Source: a virus (lineage: Duplodnaviria; Heunggongvirae; Uroviricota; Caudoviricetes). From it: a stretch of DNA of 64,000 nt. The position numbers and the translations under genes are program-made. Location: the IMG/VR virus record IMGVR_UViG_3300048573_000453, positions 32,421 through 96,420 of that record; one strand, given 5' to 3'. A model generated the notes under the pieces. It saw only the letters and a program-made list of their open reading frames with translations, was not told the origin of the DNA and did no database searches. Shown piece by piece: positions 16,063-26,124 of the stretch (its first letter is position 1; each line of letters opens with the position of its first letter).

Positions 16063-18075
16063 TTAAAAAACGATGTTAATAACGCGTGCAGTTTTACCAG
16101 TTACCCGGCATACTACCTTATTTTCAACTGTACTGGAGAATCCAACTCCGCTCAATTGATCCTTCGTGAAGCTTGGCTTATTCTTACTTGCCAAAAGTTC
16201 AAATACTTTGCGGTGTGCATCCAAATCGCTGCGCAAGAATTCATTATAAAAGCCTCGCGAGGTTTCGTCATTCTCGCAGCCCTCAAGCATAAAGAAGTAA
16301 TGTTTATTACCGACCTGTTGCTGCCAATAATTCGGTGACAACATCATTGCGTGAACCTTCACAAATTCATTCGTTGAGATGCCCCAAACAGTTTGTTTCT
16401 TTGCAACACCTTTTGACCCCTCAATATCAATATTGCCTTTACCGTCAGAAGTCAGGATCGCAACTTCGGTATTGATTCCGCTTCGACCATTATCTTGAAA
16501 TTCAAAAGAGTGAATTGTCCCCAGAATCTGAATCTGAACGGTAAATCCTTTATTGGTTTCCTCTCGGCGCGACCACTGATTTACGTACAGACGATATTTT
16601 CCGGCCTTCATAGTCTTGGCGTTTGAGAAGAAAATATTTTCAACTGGTTGACGCGTAGTTCCGAATGCAGCATTCATGTCGATGTCTAGTTTACCGCCCG
16701 AACGGGCGGTACGAGTGCGGAATGAAATTTCATTACCACATGGGCAGATCAAATGCAAATCCAAATCATCATAATTAGACCAAGCCAAACGGCAGCAAAC
16801 GTCTGCATCTACGTTGCCTCCTGCGGCTTTCACACGTTCCTTGATGGCATCAGCAGTTTCGCCGCGATAAGACCAGCTAAAGTTGTTGTCCCATTTGAAA
16901 ATTCGCTCTGCAGTTGCATCGTCCGCTGTCACCAAGCTAACCATTTGATTGGCGTGCTTATTATCTAGCAGCAACTCAATAGAAGTTGCTGTTGGCAGGT
17001 ACTCGGCAATAAACTTTTCGATAGGTACGTCTTGTAATTTGTCCAGCTTTTTAGGAGCCGAAGAAGCCGTTGCTGACAAGTCTGCAAACACACTACCAGA
17101 CAAATCAGCTTTAATAGAGCGATCTGCGAACAGCACATCATTAATGGACACATCAGACAGGGAAGCAAACCGACGACTAAAAGCACTCATTAGCCCAAGT
17201 TCTTGAACCTTTTCTTTGGCCTGATTAATCATTTTTTCAGTTACCAAAGCGGTTGGCCGCTTGTAATTGTGCGGTGCTACCACAGTTTCAAATGCTTTAA
17301 CAGCAGTCTCGAGATCCATGCCTTTGCTTAGGTTATTCAGCAGGGTTCCAATTGCGCTGTTGTTAATTCGGGCGACTGCGGCATTGGTGGTAGCAGATTT
17401 TTCCCATGAAAACAATTCTTTATTTTCGGCTTTATCAAAAGCTTGTTTCAACGTTAGGAAGGAAGACACTGCAAACTTCTGTTCAGCTCCACGATATAGC
17501 GTATTCTGAGCAATCAGCTCCAATACGGTTTCCAAGGAATCGACTGTAAGCTCTGTCAAACCACGATGAAATACATGACGAGTAGATTCAAATTCACTCT
17601 TTTTAGGACCAATATTCTTTTCCGAAGCCTGCAGGCTTCGTGGAATTGTCAAGTAAAAGTGATCGTGGGGGATAACTTCATTGCCACCCGCCTTTTCAAA
17701 ATTGCGTTCAATGCCAAATTTTGGTTCTGCGGTCAAAAACACGCCAGAAATATCACATGACCGTACGTAAGCTGCAAGAGCATTTGAAACTTGTTGATAT
17801 TCTGGTTCGCCTTTGATGAGCGCATCCCAAATTGTATACACTTTACCGTCTTTAATGGCAACAGCACCTCCTACTTGGCGAATAACTGCTTTACAGCAAT
17901 TACAGTCGTGCTCTGTTTTAACTTTGTAAACTGGGTTCGAACCTTCTGGGAAGGACGAAAGATATACTTCCCAAATTTTGGTTTTGTCAATATTTGCTTG
18001 AAACAGTACTGCTCCATCAGCAGTCATGTCTTTGAATGTTTTAGCAACTGCAGCCCGAAAGTTTACAAAGTTCAT
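16063..18075 (-). CDS. large hypothetical protein with Cys clusters (670 aa)
   Basis: Long ORF; CNCCK and CPCG Cys motifs; no family recognised. Confidence 0.55.
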   Translation of the reverse strand: MNFVNFRAAVAKTFKDMTADGAVLFQANIDKTKIWEVYLSSFPEGSNPVYKVKTEHDCNCCKAVIRQVGGAVAIKDGKVYTIWDALIKGEPEYQQVSNALAAYVRSCDISGVFLTAEPKFGIERNFEKAGGNEVIPHDHFYLTIPRSLQASEKNIGPKKSEFESTRHVFHRGLTELTVDSLETVLELIAQNTLYRGAEQKFAVSSFLTLKQAFDKAENKELFSWEKSATTNAAVARINNSAIGTLLNNLSKGMDLETAVKAFETVVAPHNYKRPTALVTEKMINQAKEKVQELGLMSAFSRRFASLSDVSINDVLFADRSIKADLSGSVFADLSATASSAPKKLDKLQDVPIEKFIAEYLPTATSIELLLDNKHANQMVSLVTADDATAERIFKWDNNFSWSYRGETADAIKERVKAAGGNVDADVCCRLAWSNYDDLDLHLICPCGNEISFRTRTARSGGKLDIDMNAAFGTTRQPVENIFFSNAKTMKAGKYRLYVNQWSRREETNKGFTVQIQILGTIHSFEFQDNGRSGINTEVAILTSDGKGNIDIEGSKGVAKKQTVWGISTNEFVKVHAMMLSPNYWQQQVGNKHYFFMLEGCENDETSRGFYNEFLRSDLDAHRKVFELLASKNKPSFTKDQLSGVGFSSTVENKVVCRVTGKTARVINIVF

Positions 18076-18124
18076 AAATTACCTCTTAAAGTTTAAAAAT
18101 TAATTATACAACAAATTCTGGATT

Positions 18125-18925
18125 TTACCCAACTATTTTGACAACATCTATTTTTGCTTCCACTAGCTCAGAAGCCTCTCGCTTGATTCTCTGTGCATTT
18201 AAAATCAAAAAGACATTAAAGTCGCCGTAAGTCATAGTGGTAACCAAATTCTTAAAAGCCTTAGAAACAGCTTGTAGAAGGTGAGACTTTCGGCAAATGC
18301 CAAAATCAAAATATCGCTCAAACGCAATAACAGCAGTTTCTTCAACTGCGCAACGCATTTTATTCTCTGGTGCAGAATCATTCCATAATTTTGAACTAAA
18401 GAGCGGAGAATTCAGATTTTCCCTCATTAGTTCATTTGCAGGTCTGTTCGGGTGGGCAACCATTTCGTGGAGCTTGTCATGATCAATTTTTCGGTTAACT
18501 GCATCCACAAAAAATTCATCATTCATTTTATCCATCTTGATCCGCTTTTTAGAATGCACTTTTTCCCAATGCGTTCTCAACATCTTCAGTAAAGCATGAT
18601 CAATTTCTGCTCCGGCGACTTTCATCAAATGGATATGAAACATAGTCTTTTCCCACTTGATATCCCAAGCAGCATGAGAAACTTTAAGCGTGAACAAAAA
18701 GTTAAGATCTAAAAAGACATCATGCTTGTTATTTTCTAGCATGTATTCAGACGCTGAACCGAACCACGTGTTTTCCAAGAGAAGTTTGGATGGACAGGGA
18801 GAAGGCTGAAAGGGCAGATTTTGGGACATGATGTCAATATCACCAGGCGGTCGATTTAAATCGACCCAGTGCGATAAGGCGACAGACCCAATAACTAAAA
18901 ATTTACGTTCTGGTTTAGGCGTCAT
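18125..18925 (-). CDS. putative nucleotidyltransferase-fold protein
   Basis: hGS-x12-DIDI minimal NTase motif (IGSVALSHWVDLNRPPGDIDIM). Confidence 0.4.
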   Translation of the reverse strand: MTPKPERKFLVIGSVALSHWVDLNRPPGDIDIMSQNLPFQPSPCPSKLLLENTWFGSASEYMLENNKHDVFLDLNFLFTLKVSHAAWDIKWEKTMFHIHLMKVAGAEIDHALLKMLRTHWEKVHSKKRIKMDKMNDEFFVDAVNRKIDHDKLHEMVAHPNRPANELMRENLNSPLFSSKLWNDSAPENKMRCAVEETAVIAFERYFDFGICRKSHLLQAVSKAFKNLVTTMTYGDFNVFLILNAQRIKREASELVEAKIDVVKIVG

Positions 18926-18931
18926 GTTGAA

Positions 18932-19285
18932 TCACTCAACGCTAAATTTCTTCCCATCTACCAGATAAGAAATAATGAGCTGTTCGGCAGCTTTTAAAAG
19001 AGTTCTAGGGAAAGCGGTAACTACATCCCCGTTGGATGTGTGCAAAACCACACGAACTTCGCGTTTAGCAGCATGGTTCAGCTTCTGAACTCGTGCATCG
19101 GGTAGAGTAATAACTGATCGTTTACAGTCGCCTGTGTCCCAAGAAACTTCTATTTCAGACATAGTTTTTCCAGCAAATACTCCCCACCCACTTTGGATTA
19201 CAGTCCCATAAACAGGTTCTGCTTCCCAGCCAGAGTCGGTAAAACTTACACGATCCCCACAAACGAATTCATCCACAATTTTCAT
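18932..19285 (-). CDS. hypothetical protein (117 aa)
   Basis: ORF. Confidence 0.45.
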   Translation of the reverse strand: MKIVDEFVCGDRVSFTDSGWEAEPVYGTVIQSGWGVFAGKTMSEIEVSWDTGDCKRSVITLPDARVQKLNHAAKREVRVVLHTSNGDVVTAFPRTLLKAAEQLIISYLVDGKKFSVE

Positions 19286-19324
19286 CTTAGCTCCTTAAAA
19301 CATCGTAGCAAATTATACTCTATT

Positions 19325-19963
19325 TTAGCTCCAGAGGTTGCTAAAATATTTGCCGAAAAGCCGTTCACCGTTTTCTACTCGTTTCTCGTGTTTCATCAGG
19401 CCGACGCGGTCGATTTCAATTGACGAAATTCTTGCAGCTATAGAATCATCCTTCCGATCATGATGGGTAAAGAACTTTGAATCTGAATTCGGATCACATT
19501 TCTGCTCGAACGCCCAAATCATTTCGTCTAAAATCCAGTCCCAGCGTTCATGATGATTGCCATCAATATCGTTTGGCCTTTCCGCAGGTTTCAATGTTGA
19601 ATGAAGCCAAATCGGAACATCACAATCATCAGTGAACGGTGCGCCCTGCTTTTGGTGCTTTAATTGCTTTAGCAGCGGGAGAATGATTAGGCTTAAAGTA
19701 TCGTCCGCATTCCATGTGTCATAAGAATCAATTCTGATTTTTACTGAACGGCTACGTTTCGAGTGAACATATTCGCACAGCTTAGCAAATTTTGAGTCCC
19801 CACCGTGTCGATCCTTTGCCAGCCAGTCACCAAAGGCTTCCACCTTTCGGTAACCGTCAGTAATTTCATACTCGCTGTCATACTTCTTTACCCAGAAGAA
19901 CAAAGCTTCAGCGATTTGGTATGGGCCCCAATAATTCAGGAACGGACCAATTTTGACTTTCAT
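19325..19963 (-). CDS. hypothetical protein (212 aa)
   Basis: ORF. Confidence 0.5.
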   Translation of the reverse strand: MKVKIGPFLNYWGPYQIAEALFFWVKKYDSEYEITDGYRKVEAFGDWLAKDRHGGDSKFAKLCEYVHSKRSRSVKIRIDSYDTWNADDTLSLIILPLLKQLKHQKQGAPFTDDCDVPIWLHSTLKPAERPNDIDGNHHERWDWILDEMIWAFEQKCDPNSDSKFFTHHDRKDDSIAARISSIEIDRVGLMKHEKRVENGERLFGKYFSNLWS

Positions 19964-19972
19964 AATTATCCT

Positions 19973-20143
19973 TTACGAAAAGGCACAAGCTTCTTCAATG
20001 GCCATCAGCGCATCAATCATTTCTTCACGAGGAGGCTGCTCAACATCATACCGTTGATTTTCAAAATAACACCCTGCCAACTGTTCAGTCGTCATTGATT
20101 CAAATTCGTTGCGAATTTGCTTGAGTTCATTGCGAATGTTCAT
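19973..20143 (-). CDS. small protein (56 aa)
   Basis: Not in track; GGAG RBS; TATAAT-like hexamer upstream; follows a terminator. Confidence 0.4.
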   Translation of the reverse strand: MNIRNELKQIRNEFESMTTEQLAGCYFENQRYDVEQPPREEMIDALMAIEEACAFS

Positions 20144-20202
20144 AATAAAGCTCCTTAAGTGTTGAGAAGTTTATTATACTATGGTTTTGCGTGCCAAATG
20201 AA

Positions 20203-20236
20203 AAAGTCGTGTAAACAAACGTGTTTACACGACTAT
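20203..20236 (-). terminator. rho-independent terminator (minus strand)
   Basis: 12-bp stem GTCGTGTAAACA/TGTTTACACGAC followed by TTTTTCATTT. Confidence 0.75.
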
Positions 20237-20251
20237 AAGAACAATGCTTTG

Positions 20252-21253
20252 TTAATTCTTTTGAATTGCGTCTAAGACCTCTTTCGCCTTGAATAAAGGG
20301 GAATCTGTTGACATTACCCGCAAAATTCGTTCAAGTTCTATTCTTGACATGCGCTTAGATGCAACCGCACCGAGTAGAGAAGTTGCTGCCTTCTCAGCAC
20401 TTAGTGCCCCAAAAAGGACATCCATGACATACTGAGTGTTATTCACTGAACCCTGCATAGTTGCCTTTGCAGAATTTTCTCGAGCTGCTAAATCTGCTTT
20501 GCGTTCTAATTTAGAAATGCGTTCTTCATCCTGTGCTTCAGGCGAAGCAGCTTTTTGCGACCTCGCATACTCTCTGATCGCTGTCATATAGCGTGCGTAA
20601 TTTGGGTAGTTTTCCAATATGTGCGGGTTGAAATGTTCTGCTCGCTCAGAGGCGGAAGTTTTAGCAGACATGGCAGTAATAACTTCTGGGTGTTTTGCTT
20701 TTTTAAGATTCAGTGTCATTACATAGAGTTTATGACTGAACAACTTTTTCAAAAGCGGGCGTGCAGCTTCAGTATCAGCTTGAAAGAGGGAATCAACAAG
20801 CGCCTTAGGAGCATTAATAATAACTGCCCTATCCATTCCTGCAGGAGCGTTCATCATTTTACTATAGGTGAAAGAATTACCGAGGAACGCCAACTTTAGC
20901 AGTTTAGTAGTCCCGCCTTTTTTAATTGCTTCTACTTCTGCATCATCTAACGCGTCAACTAATTTCCCACCACCGCCTTTTACAAGGTAATAATTTTTGA
21001 GTTCTAAGTGCTCTAGGTAAAGTACAACGCGAACTTCGCTCCTGTCAATTCCTAAGAGCTCTGAACCAATTGTGACAAGGGCATTTTCATCGTCATCATC
21101 TTCAGGTTTTATTCGCTCTGGTTCTTCGTCAGGTTTTTGTTCAGGTTGCTCATCAGGCTTTACGGTTTTAAATGCATTCCACCCACGCTTAATGGCATCC
21201 ATAACCCCCGCTTCAGATAGATAATTGATAGATGTTAAAAGTGATTTATCCAT
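20252..21253 (-). CDS. hypothetical protein with acidic low-complexity segment (333 aa; alternative start at 21202)
   Basis: ORF; the annotated ATG lies 6 nt after a 21-bp perfect hairpin. Confidence 0.5.
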   Translation of the reverse strand: MDKSLLTSINYLSEAGVMDAIKRGWNAFKTVKPDEQPEQKPDEEPERIKPEDDDDENALVTIGSELLGIDRSEVRVVLYLEHLELKNYYLVKGGGGKLVDALDDAEVEAIKKGGTTKLLKLAFLGNSFTYSKMMNAPAGMDRAVIINAPKALVDSLFQADTEAARPLLKKLFSHKLYVMTLNLKKAKHPEVITAMSAKTSASERAEHFNPHILENYPNYARYMTAIREYARSQKAASPEAQDEERISKLERKADLAARENSAKATMQGSVNNTQYVMDVLFGALSAEKAATSLLGAVASKRMSRIELERILRVMSTDSPLFKAKEVLDAIQKN

Positions 21254-21259
21254 AGAAAA

Positions 21260-21311
21260 AGCCCTGCTAGTTGATGTTACGCTTATTTATGTAACATCAA
21301 CTAGCAGGGCT
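21260..21311 (-). terminator. 21-bp perfect hairpin with U-tract (terminator-like), abutting the start codon of 20252..21253
   Basis: AGCCCTGCTAGTTGATGTTAC-N10-GTAACATCAACTAGCAGGGCT then TTTTCT ATG. Confidence 0.7.
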
Positions 21312-21328
21312 CCATTTCTAAATCGAAT

Positions 21329-21613
21329 TTATGCTTCTTGTGCCTTTAGCCTGAAAATAAAGGAAGGGGTTACAGACTTGTCAAATGAAGATTTCTCCCC
21401 ATACTCCCACCACATTTCAACAGCCTCATCAGGATTCTTCTTCCAATGCTGATAGACTAAATTCTCTATAACTTCCATTTCTCGAAGATTTTCTTTAATT
21501 TTCCAAACCTCATCAGAGAATTCAAACTTCCAATTAAACCCTTTCATTCGCTCTACAATTTGGCTCTTCGGGGCGCTGGTAATCTCAGGTCGCAAAATTT
21601 CAAAAACTTTCAT
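21329..21613 (-). CDS. hypothetical protein (94 aa)
   Basis: ORF. Confidence 0.45.
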   Translation of the reverse strand: MKVFEILRPEITSAPKSQIVERMKGFNWKFEFSDEVWKIKENLREMEVIENLVYQHWKKNPDEAVEMWWEYGEKSSFDKSVTPSFIFRLKAQEA

Positions 21614-21731
21614 CTTTTACCCTTAAATTAAAAACTTTAGCCGATTCCAAAAATTTATTCAGGCTTTGGAATCTCAATTTGTAAAATACGAAGGAAAATT
21701 AATAAACTATAAAATAAAGGAACAAACATTA

Positions 21732-22055
21732 CTATCCAATTCTAAAAGTTGCAGATTTCAAAAGTTCACACAGCTGGGACCTAGTCATTAGCGATCTACC
21801 GGGGCTGTGCTCGTCCATGTCATCATTATACCTTAAATGCTTTACAAAGTTTTTGTAGATTACTAATTCCCCATCATTTACGACAATATGCCCTTGAACA
21901 AGTTGAGAAAATAGCTGATGCCTAGAATCCTTCGTGATCAGCGAAGTTAACCCATTTTCCGCTCCAACCAAAATCATCTCAATTCCATTGACAAGTGCCG
22001 ACTGGCCGAATGCTAAAGTATTAATCTCCTCAGGAGTTTCGCTTAAATTTATCAC
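21732..22055 (-). CDS. hypothetical protein (107 aa)
   Basis: ORF. Confidence 0.45.
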   Translation of the reverse strand: MINLSETPEEINTLAFGQSALVNGIEMILVGAENGLTSLITKDSRHQLFSQLVQGHIVVNDGELVIYKNFVKHLRYNDDMDEHSPGRSLMTRSQLCELLKSATFRIG

Positions 22056-22061
22056 TTTTTA

Positions 22062-22670
22062 TTACAATCCTTTTAAAAGGGCGTTTACTAATTCCGTATT
22101 TCTGCGATAACATTTATCCACAATCGCGATTTGTTGATATGCTAAATCATGGGAAATACATGCGGCTTTATCAAGCGGCCATTCTGCAAGCTGCAATTTT
22201 GCAATTGCATCGCCATGATCAATAATCACCTGCAACCCACTCGTTTTTGCAAGATGTTGCATTGCTTTATTTTCCCGCAAGCATGACATATAAAGCATCC
22301 CTATATCATGCGACTTGCAAAAGACTAAAGTTCTGTCCATGAGCCTACGTGCCAGACCGAAACCCCTAAATGATGAGTCTACTGAAATACCTAGTTCCGC
22401 ACTTAGCCCAGAACCACCTTGCTCTATACCAGCAACATGAGCAAAGGCTATTAAAGTTTTTCGATCTTCATCAAAAATACCATATGCTTTAGATGCATCA
22501 AGATCAACCGTTTCATTTACATACTTATTCAGGGCGAAATCACCAAGTGCGGCAAAAAACCTGAGGTACCTATCATTTGGTGACAGGCGAAGCAAATGAG
22601 CTAAGATTTCTGGCTTATCATTGTTGTCTAATTCGGTAACTAGCAACCGCAAGTGATTATTGATTTTCAT
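22062..22670 (-). CDS. GNAT family N-acetyltransferase
   Basis: RGFGLARRLM motif A-like segment. Confidence 0.5.
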   Translation of the reverse strand: MKINNHLRLLVTELDNNDKPEILAHLLRLSPNDRYLRFFAALGDFALNKYVNETVDLDASKAYGIFDEDRKTLIAFAHVAGIEQGGSGLSAELGISVDSSFRGFGLARRLMDRTLVFCKSHDIGMLYMSCLRENKAMQHLAKTSGLQVIIDHGDAIAKLQLAEWPLDKAACISHDLAYQQIAIVDKCYRRNTELVNALLKGL

Positions 22671-22672
22671 TT

Positions 22673-22918
22673 TTAATTAACGGACACATTTGGTGAACCT
22701 GTTGCAGCAGAATGATTCTTACTATCTTTATCACCGACACGTACAACAGGCTTCCCATTTGCAAAAACATTTGGTGAACCAGCAACCTTCGAATGATTCT
22801 TGTTATCTTTATCACCGACTCGCACAATAGGTTTTCCATTTGCAAAAACATTTGGAGAACCAGTTACTGCAACCTGATTAGCAGAATCTGTATCTCCGAC
22901 TCTAACAATTTTTGACAT
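22673..22918 (-). CDS. PAAR-repeat protein (spike-tip, T4 gp5.4-like)
   Basis: Three repeats of GSPNVFANGKP(I/V)VRVGD matching the PAAR consensus. Confidence 0.6.
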   Translation of the reverse strand: MSKIVRVGDTDSANQVAVTGSPNVFANGKPIVRVGDKDNKNHSKVAGSPNVFANGKPVVRVGDKDSKNHSAATGSPNVSVN

Positions 22919-22920
22919 GA

Positions 22921-23109
22921 TTACTCAAGCAATCGAAAAAATGTTAGCAACAAAGCTGCAGGGATTACAGATGCCAAAGAAATCACTACTATAGAAGCCA
23001 AAATAGTGCATAGTAAAAATACAATGGTTGCAACGCCAACTGACGCTGCAAGAGCGCCAGTAATAACTAGCAAGCCGCCTAGTACGGCAAGCGCAATTGC
23101 GTTAAGCAT
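22921..23109 (-). CDS. small membrane protein (62 aa, two predicted TM helices; start at internal ATG 23109)
   Basis: Hydrophobic; start overlaps the upstream stop. Confidence 0.4.
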   Translation of the reverse strand: MLNAIALAVLGGLLVITGALAASVGVATIVFLLCTILASIVVISLASVIPAALLLTFFRLLE

Positions 23110-23290
23110 CAGATTTTGACCCCTTAGAGCCCTTCGCAAAGTCGCCGTAGGTGCGAAACTTTTGCCACCAGGCATTAACCTTTGTGTGCAGTGGCGTAGT
23201 TTTAGCTGCGCCCTTTTCACCACGCTGATGCATGGCAGTGATTACTTTAGCTTGGGCTTTACGTTTTGCGTTTTTGTTATTACGTGACAT
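23102..23290 (-). CDS. small basic protein (62 aa)
   Basis: AAGGAAGAAA RBS. Confidence 0.5.
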   Translation of the reverse strand: MSRNNKNAKRKAQAKVITAMHQRGEKGAAKTTPLHTKVNAWWQKFRTYGDFAKGSKGSKSDA

Positions 23291-24158
23291 TTTCTTCCTT
23301 CTTAAAAATTACTGGAGTTGTTTCTTTAAAAACTTTATCATTTGCGAACCAAAAACGGTTTGATATTGGTTCAGCAACGGTTAGTCCTTCCCAACCTTCG
23401 GCATCCATATCATAGCTGCCGTATGCCATTGTATCAAGATTTGTTTGACAATAAAACTGTATTGGGCGTTTAATTATCGTGTGTCCTGAATAAATCATGC
23501 TTAGTTCTTGACCAAAATGTTTATGTGGCCTCTCTAGTTCAGACCATTGTCGGATTTTTTTAATTTCGGCATCATCTAGTGTCTTCTTATACATGCGTTG
23601 AAACATGAATCTGCCCCAAGAAATGCAGCGGCCATCATCTGTTTCATATTCAGAAACAGCTTTGAATATTTCTGGGTCACTTAAATCTGCGTCAGTTATT
23701 TTTTCACTGCTATATAACTCTGCATGGATCACATGATAACGTCCACCATTTGGTAGTTCGACGGTAATAATATTCGGAAGGTTCATGATTTTTTCATAGA
23801 CAATGCGCCCAATTGAATCGGAAACTTCGTCTATGCCGCCCTTATATTCAACTCCCCATGACCCGCCGTTCCTCTGCCAGAAAAATATTCCCGGTATTTC
23901 ATTAGAGAAATAGCCTTCCATTAGTTCTTCATGGTTACCTTTGACACTATGGAACCAAGGCTCATTTAGAAGGGATAAACACTTTTCATTTTCTGGTCCA
24001 CGGTCTATCAAGTCGCCAACTGAGATTAGCCGATCAACCGCTTTGTCAAAATTAACGCCATTCATAAATGCGTTTACACAGCTATAAGAACCATGGATAT
24101 CACCGCAGACGAAGTCTCTACCCTGCACGTTTGCAGGAAGATTTTTAATTTTGCGCAT
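23280..24158 (-). CDS. Ser/Thr protein phosphatase (PPP-family metallophosphoesterase)
   Basis: GDIHG ... GDLIDRG ... GNHE motifs. Confidence 0.8.
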   Translation of the reverse strand: MRKIKNLPANVQGRDFVCGDIHGSYSCVNAFMNGVNFDKAVDRLISVGDLIDRGPENEKCLSLLNEPWFHSVKGNHEELMEGYFSNEIPGIFFWQRNGGSWGVEYKGGIDEVSDSIGRIVYEKIMNLPNIITVELPNGGRYHVIHAELYSSEKITDADLSDPEIFKAVSEYETDDGRCISWGRFMFQRMYKKTLDDAEIKKIRQWSELERPHKHFGQELSMIYSGHTIIKRPIQFYCQTNLDTMAYGSYDMDAEGWEGLTVAEPISNRFWFANDKVFKETTPVIFKKEENVT

Positions 24159-24164
24159 TTTGAT

Positions 24165-25283
24165 TTATTTCATCGATTTAAGCAAAGCAACAACCCTTTT
24201 TGCCTCAGCATCTAGGTCAGTAACTTTACGATTGTGTTCTCGTGTAGTAGTGTTTTTATAATCTGCCCCGACAGTTCGCTGCAACATTGAGATGTACTGC
24301 GGACGACAGCCAAGCATTTCAGCAATGGTTCCGGGTTCCCCGTGATTCCATTCAAATACTGTTCCGGGCTTCCAAGCTGCTTCAATGTCTTTAAGCATCT
24401 GTAAGAACACAGGTTTGCTTTTTCGAAGCACGGTTTCATAATCTGTTTTCAAAAAGAACTTGGATAAATTCTGCAGCGCATCGAATTTTGACATGTAAAT
24501 ATCAATGGTCGGAAACTTTCTAAACCAATCGTCTTGTCCGTAACTTCTAACTTCATACTTAAACGTTCCTATAGCAAGCAGTTTAAAAATTTTGCCTTTT
24601 GATTCGTCATTGAATTCTTCCGGATGGTGATGCATGATGTATTCTAACATCTTTTGCATGTCAGTATCGCTATCGTAGTCTTTCTTTTGCATTCTCGACA
24701 CTATAGAATTAACGTCATCGTCTGCGATAGTATCTTTAAATGTTTTTAACTCTTCAATTTCAACATTATAAGCCCCAGCAGGGAGAATAACTTCAGATTC
24801 TACGCCGAACCCCGTCTTTCGAATATCAAGCCCTTTGCCCGCTGGAATTTCCGTTTTGAGCACAACCCCACGGTAGCCTGTAATTCGTTCTTTTGCTTTC
24901 GACTGATTAGAGATGTTCGACCACATGCTAGCAGACATGAATTCCATATAAGACGGTTTAGTTTTTGCGAAGACCAAAGCTTGCTTTCTTGATGGCGACC
25001 AAGATGAAATTGATTCGAATTTTATTTTTCCGCTGTCAACTTGTCGCATAAAGGAATCATATTCTTCTTTACTTGAAAAATTCAAGCCTCTATAGATTGT
25101 CATTGGTTCATCATTACCATATCGTTCTATAGCATCATGAATAACTTCGGCAACTTCATGCGCATGAAAGGGATCTAACACGTATTTTGCAATGGCTCGT
25201 TCAATAGGATCACGAATTTTATTCGCATCATTCATTCGATCTTTAATTGCAGACTCTTTCAAGAAGTCAATAAAACGGCCCAT
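24165..25283 (-). CDS. putative ADP-ribosyltransferase (R-S-E type, Alt/Mod-like)
   Basis: TIYRG (Arg), SISSWS (S-x-S), GVESEVILP (E-x-E). Confidence 0.4.
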   Translation of the reverse strand: MGRFIDFLKESAIKDRMNDANKIRDPIERAIAKYVLDPFHAHEVAEVIHDAIERYGNDEPMTIYRGLNFSSKEEYDSFMRQVDSGKIKFESISSWSPSRKQALVFAKTKPSYMEFMSASMWSNISNQSKAKERITGYRGVVLKTEIPAGKGLDIRKTGFGVESEVILPAGAYNVEIEELKTFKDTIADDDVNSIVSRMQKKDYDSDTDMQKMLEYIMHHHPEEFNDESKGKIFKLLAIGTFKYEVRSYGQDDWFRKFPTIDIYMSKFDALQNLSKFFLKTDYETVLRKSKPVFLQMLKDIEAAWKPGTVFEWNHGEPGTIAEMLGCRPQYISMLQRTVGADYKNTTTREHNRKVTDLDAEAKRVVALLKSMK

Positions 25284-25485
25284 AAATTCCCCTAAGTTGA
25301 TAATCCTATAAAATAGGAGTAATGTTTAAGGGTATTTATGGGCCGATGGAGGCAAAACATCTTTTTAATTCTTCGGTCCACTAAATTATTTAGTTCCTAC
25401 GAATAATAGCAGCCCATTTATTTGAACTGCAACAGGATAAAAATTGGGGAGAAATCCATATGGACAAAAATCTTTTATGGCATTT

Positions 25486-26124
25486 TCATGTTTTCATGAC
25501 TAATAAGGTATGGTATTTTGAATAATTTTCATCACTTGACCAAATTGCATCGGCATTAATGTTTGTGCCGTCATACGAAACGGGCTCTCCATCTTTTTCT
25601 ACAAGACCAAATTCATCATCAAGTACAAAGATTTTGTAAGAATTTAAATGCGCCTTTTTCGCCATCTTTTCCCACAATTTTCGGCCATCTGTAAATTGAC
25701 TGCAATCTGAAAGAATTATGAACCCCATTTCAGCCAATCGAGAATAAGCAAATGACGCAATGCCATAACCTTCATATCTGGGGCGCACAGAAACACTATT
25801 CACTTGAATAATTTTGGAAGCGTCTAAGCCTATTGGTATTTTACTAATAGTTAATTCGTCTTTAAAATTAAGCGTGAAAATATTACTGTTTGATTCCTCA
25901 CCATCAGGTTTTACTACTGGAACTGTTCCAATGACATGGGCTCGATCATCATTGAGCAAATGCAGCTCCACAGACTTATCATCTGCTTCGATTATTCCCA
26001 AAGGAATGTAATTGCGAGATAGGGAGTTTGTTGAGATAAAACTTCCAACAAACTCCCTTTTCATAGTACCATGATGTTGGAACGGCATTTCGGATAAAAT
26101 CTTTTTTATTTGGCTTAATTCCAT
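25486..26124 (-). CDS. paralog family B protein
   Basis: C-terminal segment ...GFIILSDCSQFTDGRKLWEKMAKK... matches 29657..30262 and 35558..35965. Confidence 0.5.
   Translation of the reverse strand: MELSQIKKILSEMPFQHHGTMKREFVGSFISTNSLSRNYIPLGIIEADDKSVELHLLNDDRAHVIGTVPVVKPDGEESNSNIFTLNFKDELTISKIPIGLDASKIIQVNSVSVRPRYEGYGIASFAYSRLAEMGFIILSDCSQFTDGRKLWEKMAKKAHLNSYKIFVLDDEFGLVEKDGEPVSYDGTNINADAIWSSDENYSKYHTLLVMKT

Noticed and set aside
22657-22851. ORF 22657..22851 overlapping the PAAR gene
   Set aside because: Same strand, different frame, generated by the internal nucleotide repeats of the PAAR gene.
24212-24439. ORF 24212..24439 inside the ART-like gene
   Set aside because: Internal out-of-frame ORF.
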